Source: a bacterium (GTDB lineage: Bacteria; Patescibacteriota; Patescibacteriia; 2-01-FULL-39-33). Taken from it: a DNA stretch of 64,000 bases. Position 1 is the first letter of the stretch; every line of letters starts with the position of its first letter. The notes beneath the pieces were generated by a model. The model was given only the letters and a program-made list of their open reading frames with translations. It did not search any database and was not told the origin of the DNA. The position numbers and the translations under genes were made by a program. Positions 9,756 through 17,951 of this stretch are shown here, one piece after another. The stretch covers positions 1,909 to 65,908 of the forward strand of contig JBAXTU010000002.1 in assembly GCA_037130015.1 (NCBI GenBank). The letters are read 5' to 3'.

Positions 9756-10259
9756 TTAAGCGACTTGTTTTTCTTTTTCCTCTTTAATGGCATTAATTAC
9801 TCTGGCCAAACCTGACATAGGATTAGACAAACAGCCAACCAATTTGGCAAGCAATTCTTTTTTGGAAGGAATCTTTGATAGTGCAGTCACCTTGTCCGCA
9901 TCAATATAATTACCTTCAAAAACACCGCCCACAAATTTCAATTTATCAAGCTCTTTTAAGAAACTGGCCACGATCTTGGCTGGAGCAACTTCATCTTCAT
10001 AAGAAAACAAAGTGGCTACTTCGCCATTAAGCGTCTGTTCGTTAGTTGGAGCAATTCCTTTTTCACTCAAAGCTTTTTTTAAAATTGTTTTTTTAGCCAC
10101 CAAATAGTCAATGCCCTCGGCGCGACACTTGTCACGCAAACGATTGACATCTTTAACTGCCACGCCTAAAAAATTAAACATGACAGCCGATTTCATTTTG
10201 GCTATCTTTTCATTTAAAATTTCCAAAACTTGTTCTTTTTGTTCTTTTGTTTTTGGCAT
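9756..10259 (-). CDS. rplJ: 50S ribosomal protein L10
   Basis: MPKTKEQKEQVLEILNEKIAKMKSAVMFNFLGVAVKDVNRLRDKCRAEGIDYLVAKKTI; internal ATG at 10257-10259 preferred over the longer ORF-track start. Confidence 0.9.
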   Translation of the reverse strand: MPKTKEQKEQVLEILNEKIAKMKSAVMFNFLGVAVKDVNRLRDKCRAEGIDYLVAKKTILKKALSEKGIAPTNEQTLNGEVATLFSYEDEVAPAKIVASFLKELDKLKFVGGVFEGNYIDADKVTALSKIPSKKELLAKLVGCLSNPMSGLARVINAIKEEKEKQVA

Positions 10260-10497
10260 ATTTTTATGTTTATTTAAATAAAAAATCTGTGGATAGACCA
10301 CAGACGCGCAAAATTGCCAAAAAGGCATATTTTTCCTGGATAGGTCTGCTTTTTAGAGCAAATTAAGCCTTTTTGGCGCCCATTGTCTGTGGAATTTAAT
10401 TGATTGATATTATTATAGCAAATTTTAAATAAATGTCAATATTTAAGAAAAGACCGCCCAAACTTTGTTTGGACGGCCATACAAGAGGAATTTTCCC

Positions 10498-10596
10498 TCA
10501 GTAAAGAGGCGAAGGCAGTGGAAATAAAAATCCAATCCAGGACATGATAATGCTGAGTATGGCTCCGAAAAAGCCACCTATTGTTGCTGATTGCAT
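10498..10596 (-). CDS. 32-aa hydrophobic small peptide MQSATIGGFFGAILSIIMSWIGFLFPLPSPLY
   Basis: GGAGG 8 nt upstream of ATG; single predicted TM helix; TGA stop; below ORF-track size cutoff; preferred over the overlapping 73-aa ORF (10436..10657), which has implausible composition. Confidence 0.35.
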   Translation of the reverse strand: MQSATIGGFFGAILSIIMSWIGFLFPLPSPLY

Positions 10597-10678
10597 GGTT
10601 TATTCCTCCATGGGTTAAATGTTCAAACACAACTATCTGTATTGACTGAATAAACAATACATTAAAAACTAAAAAATG

Positions 10679-11224
10679 TCAATCATTTGTATCTTCCCTA
10701 AAAACCAAAGCTTGGTACACATAAAATTCAGTTGAAGCGTCCAAATAACATTCGTTGTCCAAATCAGCCTTTTGACATAAGCTGGCCATAAATTCTTTTT
10801 TGTTTTTTAAGTCTTGCCAAACCTGAGGCAAAAAAGTAGCTGTCTTATCACCACTAACAAGCAAGACACCATCACCTGATTTTATTTCCTCAAAAGATGT
10901 TTTTATTTTTTCAGTCAAAATTGAAATTTCAATTTCTATATCTTCTAATTCGGAAAATTCCAATGGTGGAAATCTAGGATCATGTGCCACAGCTATACTC
11001 ATTTCTGAAACAGAAGCAATGAGTGACTGATCCATTTCCAAATGCCCAATACAGCCACGCAACTTGCCATTTTTTAAAATTGTCACAAACACTCCACGCT
11101 TTTCCCAAAGATTCTGATTAACTGTCTGGGGCTGTTGTCTGGTGCCGTTAGATAAATATTCAGTCAAAACACGCCTAGCTGTTTTTAACAAAAATTCCTG
11201 TTCGCCACGAGTGTAATCTTCCAT
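10679..11224 (-). CDS. AMMECR1 domain protein
   Basis: 181 aa; LRGCIGHLE motif characteristic of AMMECR1 family. Confidence 0.78.
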   Translation of the reverse strand: MEDYTRGEQEFLLKTARRVLTEYLSNGTRQQPQTVNQNLWEKRGVFVTILKNGKLRGCIGHLEMDQSLIASVSEMSIAVAHDPRFPPLEFSELEDIEIEISILTEKIKTSFEEIKSGDGVLLVSGDKTATFLPQVWQDLKNKKEFMASLCQKADLDNECYLDASTEFYVYQALVFREDTND

Positions 11225-11229
11225 AAAAT

Positions 11230-12237
11230 TTAATTCAAATATTTATTGATATTAGCCTGATGCTCCTCAAAAGTTTTACTATACACCGTATGGCCGTCTT
11301 TAGCTGTAATAAAAAAATAATAATCATTCCTGGTTGGATAAATAGTCGTCTTAATAGCGATTAGTCCTGGATTGGCAATTGGACCAGGAGGCAAGCCCGC
11401 ATATTTATAAGTGTTGTAAAGTGAATCATTTTGTAAATCAGCGCTACTGGGGCGTAAATCACTATGACCAGTAATATAGTTTACTGTCGCATCTGATTGC
11501 AGTGGCATTTTTTTGGCAACACGTTTCCAAAATACATCTGCCACCATGCCCTTATCGATTTCTGTCTTGGCTTCACGCTCTACTACTGAAGCCATTGTCA
11601 AAATTGAAAGCAAATCCTTATTCTGATCTTTAATATCAGAAAGCATTTTAGCTGTCACTTTTTGAGAAAAATTATCCAAACATTTTTTAATTATTTCCTC
11701 GGCTGTTGGCTTTTTGGAAATTAAATAAGTATCTGGAAATAAAAATCCTTCAAGCGTTTTAGCTTTAACACCAGTTAAAAAATCATACTTATCACGCCAG
11801 TTGTCAGTGCTAATGGCGGACATAAAATCTTTTTTATTAACCAACTCAAGACGCTCCAAATAATCCCCAATTTGGCTGGCTGTCCAACCTTCAATTAAGG
11901 TTATTTTAGTTCCTTTATTAATATTATCGCTGGCAGTCAGGGCATGTAAAATATCAACTGCGTTTAGATTGCCTTTAAATTCATGTTCTCCAACAATTAA
12001 ACGGCTTTGTAAACCAGAAAACCTTGCATAATATTCAAAAACCAATTGGCTTTTAATAAGTCCAGCACTTCTTAATCGCGTAGAAACATCTTTAACACTG
12101 TCACCAGTCGTCACCTTAAAAGAAATTGCCTTAATATCAGAACTAGCCGGCGTAAACAACAAATTATACGTATAAAAACCGCCACCAATAACGACTAAAA
12201 AAATCAGAATAAAAAAAGTTTTAATAATTGACTTCAT
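11230..12237 (-). CDS. mltG: endolytic murein transglycosylase MltG (YceG family)
   Basis: 335 aa; N-terminal TM; YKYAGLPPGPIANPG signature. Confidence 0.9.
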   Translation of the reverse strand: MKSIIKTFFILIFLVVIGGGFYTYNLLFTPASSDIKAISFKVTTGDSVKDVSTRLRSAGLIKSQLVFEYYARFSGLQSRLIVGEHEFKGNLNAVDILHALTASDNINKGTKITLIEGWTASQIGDYLERLELVNKKDFMSAISTDNWRDKYDFLTGVKAKTLEGFLFPDTYLISKKPTAEEIIKKCLDNFSQKVTAKMLSDIKDQNKDLLSILTMASVVEREAKTEIDKGMVADVFWKRVAKKMPLQSDATVNYITGHSDLRPSSADLQNDSLYNTYKYAGLPPGPIANPGLIAIKTTIYPTRNDYYFFITAKDGHTVYSKTFEEHQANINKYLN

Positions 12238-12259
12238 TTTTATGTTTAATTATTTATTA

Positions 12260-13090
12260 CTATTTTATAGAATATATTATAGCCAAAGCCAAAATTACTG
12301 CACCCACAATTATCCGATACCAGCCAAAAACATTAAGGGAATGGTGGCTTAAATATTTCATCAAGTACTTTACAGCCAAATAGCCAACCACGGCTGATGT
12401 TCCAAATCCTAAAAACAGAATTAAAAAATTTGACTCTTGCCAATTGCTAATCTTAACAGCCTTACTAACTCCAGCCAGAGCAATGGCCGGCACACTTAAT
12501 AAAAAAGAAAATTTGGCAGCTTCTTCTCTTTTTAATTTTCTGCCAAGACCTGCTATAATACTAATACCAGAACGTGACGTGCCAGGAATAAGCGCCACAG
12601 CTTGAGCACAACCAATAAATAATACATCTTTAATATTTAAACTAGAATTTTCACGATTATTGTGTTTTGAATACTTTTCCACCACAAAAAATAACAAACC
12701 AACAATAATAAACATCACAGCTACTAAAACTGGCGAACGAAAAACACCATCTATAAACTTGCCAAGAAATAAACCAGCTATAGCAGCCGGGATTGTGCCA
12801 ATAATAACGAACCAAGCCAAACGCTGATCATAATCATTACGCAAATTCCAATTAAAAAAACTGGAAAAAAATCCAAAAAATATTTTTTTAATATCTTGAT
12901 AAAAATAAACAAAAATTGCCACAAGTGTACCCAAATGCAGTATCACATCAAAAAATAAATCATCTGGCAAATTAAAATGTAACAAGTCGTGGAACAAAAT
13001 CAAATGACCTGAACTAGAAATTGGCAAAAATTCAGTGACACCTTGAAGACCACCAGCCAAAATAGCCAAAAAATAATCCATAATAAACAA
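12260..13090 (-). CDS. uppP: undecaprenyl-diphosphatase UppP/BacA
   Basis: 276 aa polytopic; PISSSGHL and GTSRSGISI motifs. Confidence 0.9.
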   Translation of the reverse strand: MFIMDYFLAILAGGLQGVTEFLPISSSGHLILFHDLLHFNLPDDLFFDVILHLGTLVAIFVYFYQDIKKIFFGFFSSFFNWNLRNDYDQRLAWFVIIGTIPAAIAGLFLGKFIDGVFRSPVLVAVMFIIVGLLFFVVEKYSKHNNRENSSLNIKDVLFIGCAQAVALIPGTSRSGISIIAGLGRKLKREEAAKFSFLLSVPAIALAGVSKAVKISNWQESNFLILFLGFGTSAVVGYLAVKYLMKYLSHHSLNVFGWYRIIVGAVILALAIIYSIK

Positions 13091-13103
13091 TTATTTTATA
13101 AAC

Positions 13104-13559
13104 ATGTATTCTCTTATTATCATACCAATTATAGTTGGTTTTGTCACTCAGGTAATCAAACTAGCCACTGACGGCGTTCCCAAAAATTTAAACTGGCAAC
13201 ATCTCATGAGTGACTATGGTGGAATGCCTTCTTCACACACTGCCTATGTAGCCTCCCTAGCCACAGTCGTGGCTCTGCGTGAAGGATTTGATTCTGCCAC
13301 TTTTGCCGTGGCCTTAGTTATTATGGTGGTAGTAATTAGAGATGCTGTTGGTTTTAGGCGAGAAATAGGCAAAGATGCCACACTCACCAATAAAATTGCC
13401 AAGGAAGTCTTTAAAAACAAAAAAGACTTTCAATATTTACACGAAAGAGTCGGCCACACCCCCTTGCAAGTGATAGTAGGATTTATTTTAGGTTGTAGTT
13501 TCAGCGTTTTTTTATACGCTATTTGGATAATTTCAATAGCCATGTTAAAATTAACATAG
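13104..13559 (+). CDS. DUF212/YuiD-like divergent PAP2 membrane protein
   Basis: 151 aa; GGMPSSHTAYVASLA motif. Confidence 0.7.
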   Translation: MYSLIIIPIIVGFVTQVIKLATDGVPKNLNWQHLMSDYGGMPSSHTAYVASLATVVALREGFDSATFAVALVIMVVVIRDAVGFRREIGKDATLTNKIAKEVFKNKKDFQYLHERVGHTPLQVIVGFILGCSFSVFLYAIWIISIAMLKLT

Positions 13560-13601
13560 CTAGCAAGCTCTTTAAGCCAACAACAAGCAGGAGAATTTAT
13601 C

Positions 13602-13811
13602 ATGAATATGGAATCATCACCAATTACAATCAGGAATGAAAATTCCAGAATCGGCACTATTATGCGAATCAAAACGGGCATCAATGTGGACTTGTATGCC
13701 AGAGAACCAGAATCGGTTCAAGAAGTACAAATATGCTCTAATGGTAGGCACCTTACCGTCTGTGTGGGCGTTTTTCCCAAGGGGTATTACGAAGAAATAC
13801 CTTCAAATTGA
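13602..13811 (+). CDS. hypothetical small protein (69 aa); alternatively part of a small RNA
   Basis: AGGAG 8 nt upstream of ATG; followed by terminator at 13870; no recognisable family. Confidence 0.25.
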   Translation: MNMESSPITIRNENSRIGTIMRIKTGINVDLYAREPESVQEVQICSNGRHLTVCVGVFPKGYYEEIPSN

Positions 13812-13869
13812 GAGACATGCCTTAACAACCCTACAAATATGGAGATTATCCCATGTTTAAACCATCATA

Positions 13870-13908
13870 AACAGCCACACCAATAGGTAGTGGCTGTTTT
13901 CCTTTTAT
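13870..13908 (+). terminator. intrinsic terminator
   Basis: aacagccac-loop-gtggctgtt 9-bp stem followed by ttcctttta. Confidence 0.5.
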
Positions 13909-13915
13909 CTCAAAA

Positions 13916-14776
13916 TTATTTTTGACAATCAGGACAAAAATGAGTCCCACGTCCGCCAAGTTTTATTTTTTTAATAACATTATTGCAACGCAAACATTTT
14001 TGACCAGCTCGCTTGTATACTTTTAAATATTTTAACATACCACCTTTGGTGCCATCAGTGCGCACATAATTATCAGAAGTAGTACCGCCTTTAGTAATGG
14101 CGAATTTTAAAATTTTAGGAATAGCCAAATACAAATCTTTAACTTCTTTTTCTTTTAAATCACCTGCTATTCTGGTTGGCAAAATATGAGCCATAAACAA
14201 CGACTCATCAGCATAAATATTACCAATGCCAGCAATTTTTTCCTGATCTAATAAGAGCTGTTTTATTTTTTTGTTTTTATATTTTTTTAATAAATCCAAA
14301 AACCAAGATAATCTGTATTCTTTATCAAACGGCTCCACACCGTATTTTTGTTTGGTAAGTTCACGAGTGGCATTATCAACATATTTTATCCAACCGAATT
14401 TCCTGATGTCATTAAAATACAAAGCCGAACCATCAGTAAAATCAATAACTATGCGAGAAAATTTATTAGGCAATTCACCAACATTACCAATCGCATGTCC
14501 TCCTGAAATCTTCTGGCCTGATTTTGAGGCATACACCAATTGCCCGGTCATTTTTAGGTGAATCAAAATATTATGATCACCGCCCAAATCAATAATAATC
14601 ATTTTGCCACGACGGCCAATGCTATAAATTTTTTTATTTTTTAATTTACGCGCTAAAATAATGGCACTGGGCAAGGCACTCTTGACTGCCGAAGTCACCA
14701 CGATTTTTATAGTTTTATTTTTTATTTTTTTATTAAGTTCAGAAACAATTGTTTGAACTTCTGGAAGTTCTGGCAT
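13916..14776 (-). CDS. mutM: formamidopyrimidine-DNA glycosylase Fpg/MutM
   Basis: MPELPEVQTIV N-terminus (catalytic Pro2); C-terminal zinc finger CLRCNNVIKKIKLGGRGTHFCPDCQ. Confidence 0.9.
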   Translation of the reverse strand: MPELPEVQTIVSELNKKIKNKTIKIVVTSAVKSALPSAIILARKLKNKKIYSIGRRGKMIIIDLGGDHNILIHLKMTGQLVYASKSGQKISGGHAIGNVGELPNKFSRIVIDFTDGSALYFNDIRKFGWIKYVDNATRELTKQKYGVEPFDKEYRLSWFLDLLKKYKNKKIKQLLLDQEKIAGIGNIYADESLFMAHILPTRIAGDLKEKEVKDLYLAIPKILKFAITKGGTTSDNYVRTDGTKGGMLKYLKVYKRAGQKCLRCNNVIKKIKLGGRGTHFCPDCQK

Positions 14777-14787
14777 AAAATATTATT

Positions 14788-17508
14788 TTATTTACCATGA
14801 CAATGTTTATACTTCTTGCCACTACCACAAGGACAAAGATCATTTCTACCAACTTTCTCGCCATTATAATGGCTGGAGTCCTTGATAATTTTGTCCACCT
14901 TGCGATCTTTAATGACCGCATCCTGTTCCATAGGAGATTTAAAAGAAGATTCTTTTTGGGCACCAGATAATTTTATATTTTTAGGATTATTTTCCAATGG
15001 CATTTGATCTGGCGACACCATACCTATTTTATAAATACTATAAGCTATTTGACGATCAACTTCATCTAATAGCTGACGAAACATCTTTAGAGCTTCTCGC
15101 TTGTACTCCACAAGCGGATCTCGCTGACCATAACCTCGCAGTCCAATACCGCCACGCAAATATTCCACCGCATCCAAATGATCCACCCACAAAGAATCAA
15201 TCACGCGAAGCAACATGCCTTTTTCAATTTGACGCATAGGCAAAATTTCCGGATTAGGATTAGGCAACATGTTCACATTTTTTTCCAATTCATTATAAGA
15301 CAACACGGCTAGTTTATCCAAGTGACCAATAATGCCATCACGCGACATTAGATCAGCTTCATAATCACCGCCTTGATTTCTGATTTTTTCAATTTCAGCC
15401 TGATCTTCTTTTTTCAAATGAAAAATAGCACCGACCGATTCAAAAATTATAGGCAATTCCCAATTTTTAGGATCTTCGGTCGCGGTATGCATATTCACAA
15501 TAGCGGCAATTTCGTTTTCCACAGCTGTCATGACCGCTTCTTTGGTTTCGGTTCCGTCTAAAATTTGACGACGTTTTTTATAAATAGTTTCCCTTTGCTT
15601 GTTCATGACATCATCATATTCAACCAAATGTTTTCTAGTATCAAAATGATGACTCTCCACCTTTTTTTGCGCTTCTTCAATTGATTTGGTGATCATGCCA
15701 TTTTCAATAGGCATATCCTCTGGGATACGAAAAGTTTCCATCACTGATTTGAGACGCCCCGAACCAAACACCCGCATCAAATCATCATCAAGAGAAATAA
15801 AGAATTGTGAAGAACCCGGATCGCCTTGACGTCCGGCGCGTCCACGAAGTTGATTATCTATTCGGCGCGAGTCATGTCGTTCTGTCCCAATCACACACAA
15901 ACCACCAGCAGTCACCACGCGTTCATGTTCTGCTTCATTATATGGATAACCACCCAAAATAATATCCACGCCACGGCCAGCCATATTCGTGGCCACAGTA
16001 ATGGCGCCATATTTACCAGCTTGCGCGATAATATGCGCTTCTTTTTCATGATGTTTGGCATTCAAAACTTGAGCTTCAAGTCCTTCACGAGCGAGCAAAT
16101 CAGCCAAGATTTCATTTTTTTCAATAGAAATTGTACCAACCAAAACAGGCTGTCCAACTTGATGGCGAGCTTTAATTTCAGCCACGAGCGCTTGAAATTT
16201 ACCATTTTCATTTTTATAAATACGATCATTTGAATCTTTTCTCAACATGGGCCTATTGGTCGGAATAACCACCACTTCCAATTTATAAATTTTGGAAAAT
16301 TCTTCGGCTTCGGTAGCGGCCGTGCCAGTCATACCAGCCAATTTTTCATACAAACGAAAATAGTTTTGAAAAGAAACCGTGGCCAGTGTTTTGCTTTCTT
16401 TTTGTACGGTGACATTTTCTTTGGCTTCAATAGCTTGATGCAAACCTTCGCTATAACGACGGCCAAACATCATACGTCCGGTAAATTCATCAATAATAAT
16501 TATCTCGCCATCCTTGACCACATAATCTTTATCTTTTTTAAACAGCGCCTCAGCTTTTAGTGACTGTTCAATATGATGCACATCAGAAATCCCTCTATCA
16601 GTGTAAATATTTTCCACGCCCAAAAATTTTTCAACTTTATTAATGCCATTTTCAGTGAGCGTAGATGATCGACGTTTTTCATCAATTACATAATCTTCTT
16701 CATGCTGTAATTTTTTTACAATTTGTGCAAATTGGTAATATTTGTCAGTGGACTCCATGTCGGGCGCAGAAATAATAAGTGGCGTGCGCGCTTCATCAAT
16801 CAAAATTGAATCAACTTCATCAACAATGGAAAAATACAATGGCCTTTGCACCATTTCTTCCACAGACATCACCATATTGTCGCGCAAATAATCAAAACCA
16901 AATTCGTTGTTAGTGCCATATAAAACATCGCAAGCATAAGCTTCTTTTCTAGTACACGGCACTAAATTCTGCACATCCAAAATTGGATCGCCTTCTTGGT
17001 GCTGATATGACGCATCAAATCTATAAGAAATATTTTGCTGTTGGATACAACTAACAGTGAGTCCTAAAAAATCATAAATCTGGCCCATCCAATCAGCGTG
17101 GATACGAGACAAATAATCATTGACCGTCACTAAATGCACCCCGCGACCAGCCAAAGCATTAAGATAAAGCGGAGCAGCAGCAGTTAAAGTTTTACCTTCT
17201 CCAGTTTTCATTTCTGCAATTTGACCACGATGAAGCACGATACCACCAATCATCTGAACATCAAAATGGCGCTGACCAATAACACGCTTAGACGCCTCAC
17301 GGATAGTGGCAAAAGCCTCTGGTAAAATTTCATCAAGTGTCTTGCCACTTGCCAGCCCTGCTTTTAATTTTATTGTTTGGGCTTTTAAAGCTTCATCTGA
17401 CAAAGCGGAAATCTGCTGTTCAAGCGCATTAATTTGCTCCACTGTCTCTTGCAACTCGCCAATCACCTTTTTGTTGGGATCGCCGAATATTTTGGTAAAA
17501 AATGACAT
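14788..17508 (-). CDS. secA: preprotein translocase ATPase SecA
   Basis: 906 aa; DEAD-like motor motifs; C-terminal zinc-binding CPCGSGKKYKHCHG. Confidence 0.97.
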   Translation of the reverse strand: MSFFTKIFGDPNKKVIGELQETVEQINALEQQISALSDEALKAQTIKLKAGLASGKTLDEILPEAFATIREASKRVIGQRHFDVQMIGGIVLHRGQIAEMKTGEGKTLTAAAPLYLNALAGRGVHLVTVNDYLSRIHADWMGQIYDFLGLTVSCIQQQNISYRFDASYQHQEGDPILDVQNLVPCTRKEAYACDVLYGTNNEFGFDYLRDNMVMSVEEMVQRPLYFSIVDEVDSILIDEARTPLIISAPDMESTDKYYQFAQIVKKLQHEEDYVIDEKRRSSTLTENGINKVEKFLGVENIYTDRGISDVHHIEQSLKAEALFKKDKDYVVKDGEIIIIDEFTGRMMFGRRYSEGLHQAIEAKENVTVQKESKTLATVSFQNYFRLYEKLAGMTGTAATEAEEFSKIYKLEVVVIPTNRPMLRKDSNDRIYKNENGKFQALVAEIKARHQVGQPVLVGTISIEKNEILADLLAREGLEAQVLNAKHHEKEAHIIAQAGKYGAITVATNMAGRGVDIILGGYPYNEAEHERVVTAGGLCVIGTERHDSRRIDNQLRGRAGRQGDPGSSQFFISLDDDLMRVFGSGRLKSVMETFRIPEDMPIENGMITKSIEEAQKKVESHHFDTRKHLVEYDDVMNKQRETIYKKRRQILDGTETKEAVMTAVENEIAAIVNMHTATEDPKNWELPIIFESVGAIFHLKKEDQAEIEKIRNQGGDYEADLMSRDGIIGHLDKLAVLSYNELEKNVNMLPNPNPEILPMRQIEKGMLLRVIDSLWVDHLDAVEYLRGGIGLRGYGQRDPLVEYKREALKMFRQLLDEVDRQIAYSIYKIGMVSPDQMPLENNPKNIKLSGAQKESSFKSPMEQDAVIKDRKVDKIIKDSSHYNGEKVGRNDLCPCGSGKKYKHCHGK

Positions 17509-17564
17509 ATTGTTATATTGTTTATTTCACTGGAATTATAATAGAAAAACCCAAAATAATCAAC

Positions 17565-17602
17565 TAAAAAGAAAAAGCCGACAACAAACTTGCTGTCGGC
17601 TT
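17565..17602 (-). terminator. intrinsic terminator downstream of hpf
   Basis: minus strand: hairpin aagccgacagcaag...ttgttgtcggctt then TTTTTCTTTTT. Confidence 0.6.
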
Positions 17603-17613
17603 ATAATTCAATA

Positions 17614-17913
17614 TTAATCCCGTTTTTCTTTGTACTTAATTAATTCACCTTTTAATTTGTCCCGCACTTCATTCATAGACTTGGAAATATTTTCAGTCTC
17701 AGCTGTGGCGCGCAAAATTTTGCCAGGCACGTGCAAATTTATTTCTGCGCGATAAATATCACCCTTTTGATGATGAAAAGTGGTAATACCAACTTCCACA
17801 TCAGCGCTAATAATACAATCACAATATTTAGTCAGCCCCATTATCTTTTCATTAATGACTTCATGGGCTTCTGGTGATAGTTTAGCGTTGGTCGCCTTGA
17901 TATTAATTTCCAT
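17614..17913 (-). CDS. hpf: ribosome hibernation promoting factor (HPF/RaiA family)
   Basis: 99 aa; MEINIKATNAKLSPEAHEVINEKI...DIYRAEINLHVPG typical of the family. Confidence 0.9.
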   Translation of the reverse strand: MEINIKATNAKLSPEAHEVINEKIMGLTKYCDCIISADVEVGITTFHHQKGDIYRAEINLHVPGKILRATAETENISKSMNEVRDKLKGELIKYKEKRD

Positions 17914-17951
17914 AAATTATTTTTATTAAATTAATGATTCTTTGCAGGGAA

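Noticed and set aside
10436-10657. 73-aa minus-strand ORF upstream of rplJ
   Set aside because: Improbable His/Trp-rich composition and no RBS. An overlapping 32-codon ORF in another frame has a textbook GGAGG and encodes a clean TM helix, so that one was preferred (still low confidence).
13430-13684. 84-aa minus-strand ORF
   Set aside because: Antisense to the 3' end of the DUF212 gene and to the RBS-led small ORF. No support.
14739-14963. 74-aa minus ORF spanning the secA/mutM junction
   Set aside because: Overlaps the end of secA and the start of mutM in other frames. Spurious.
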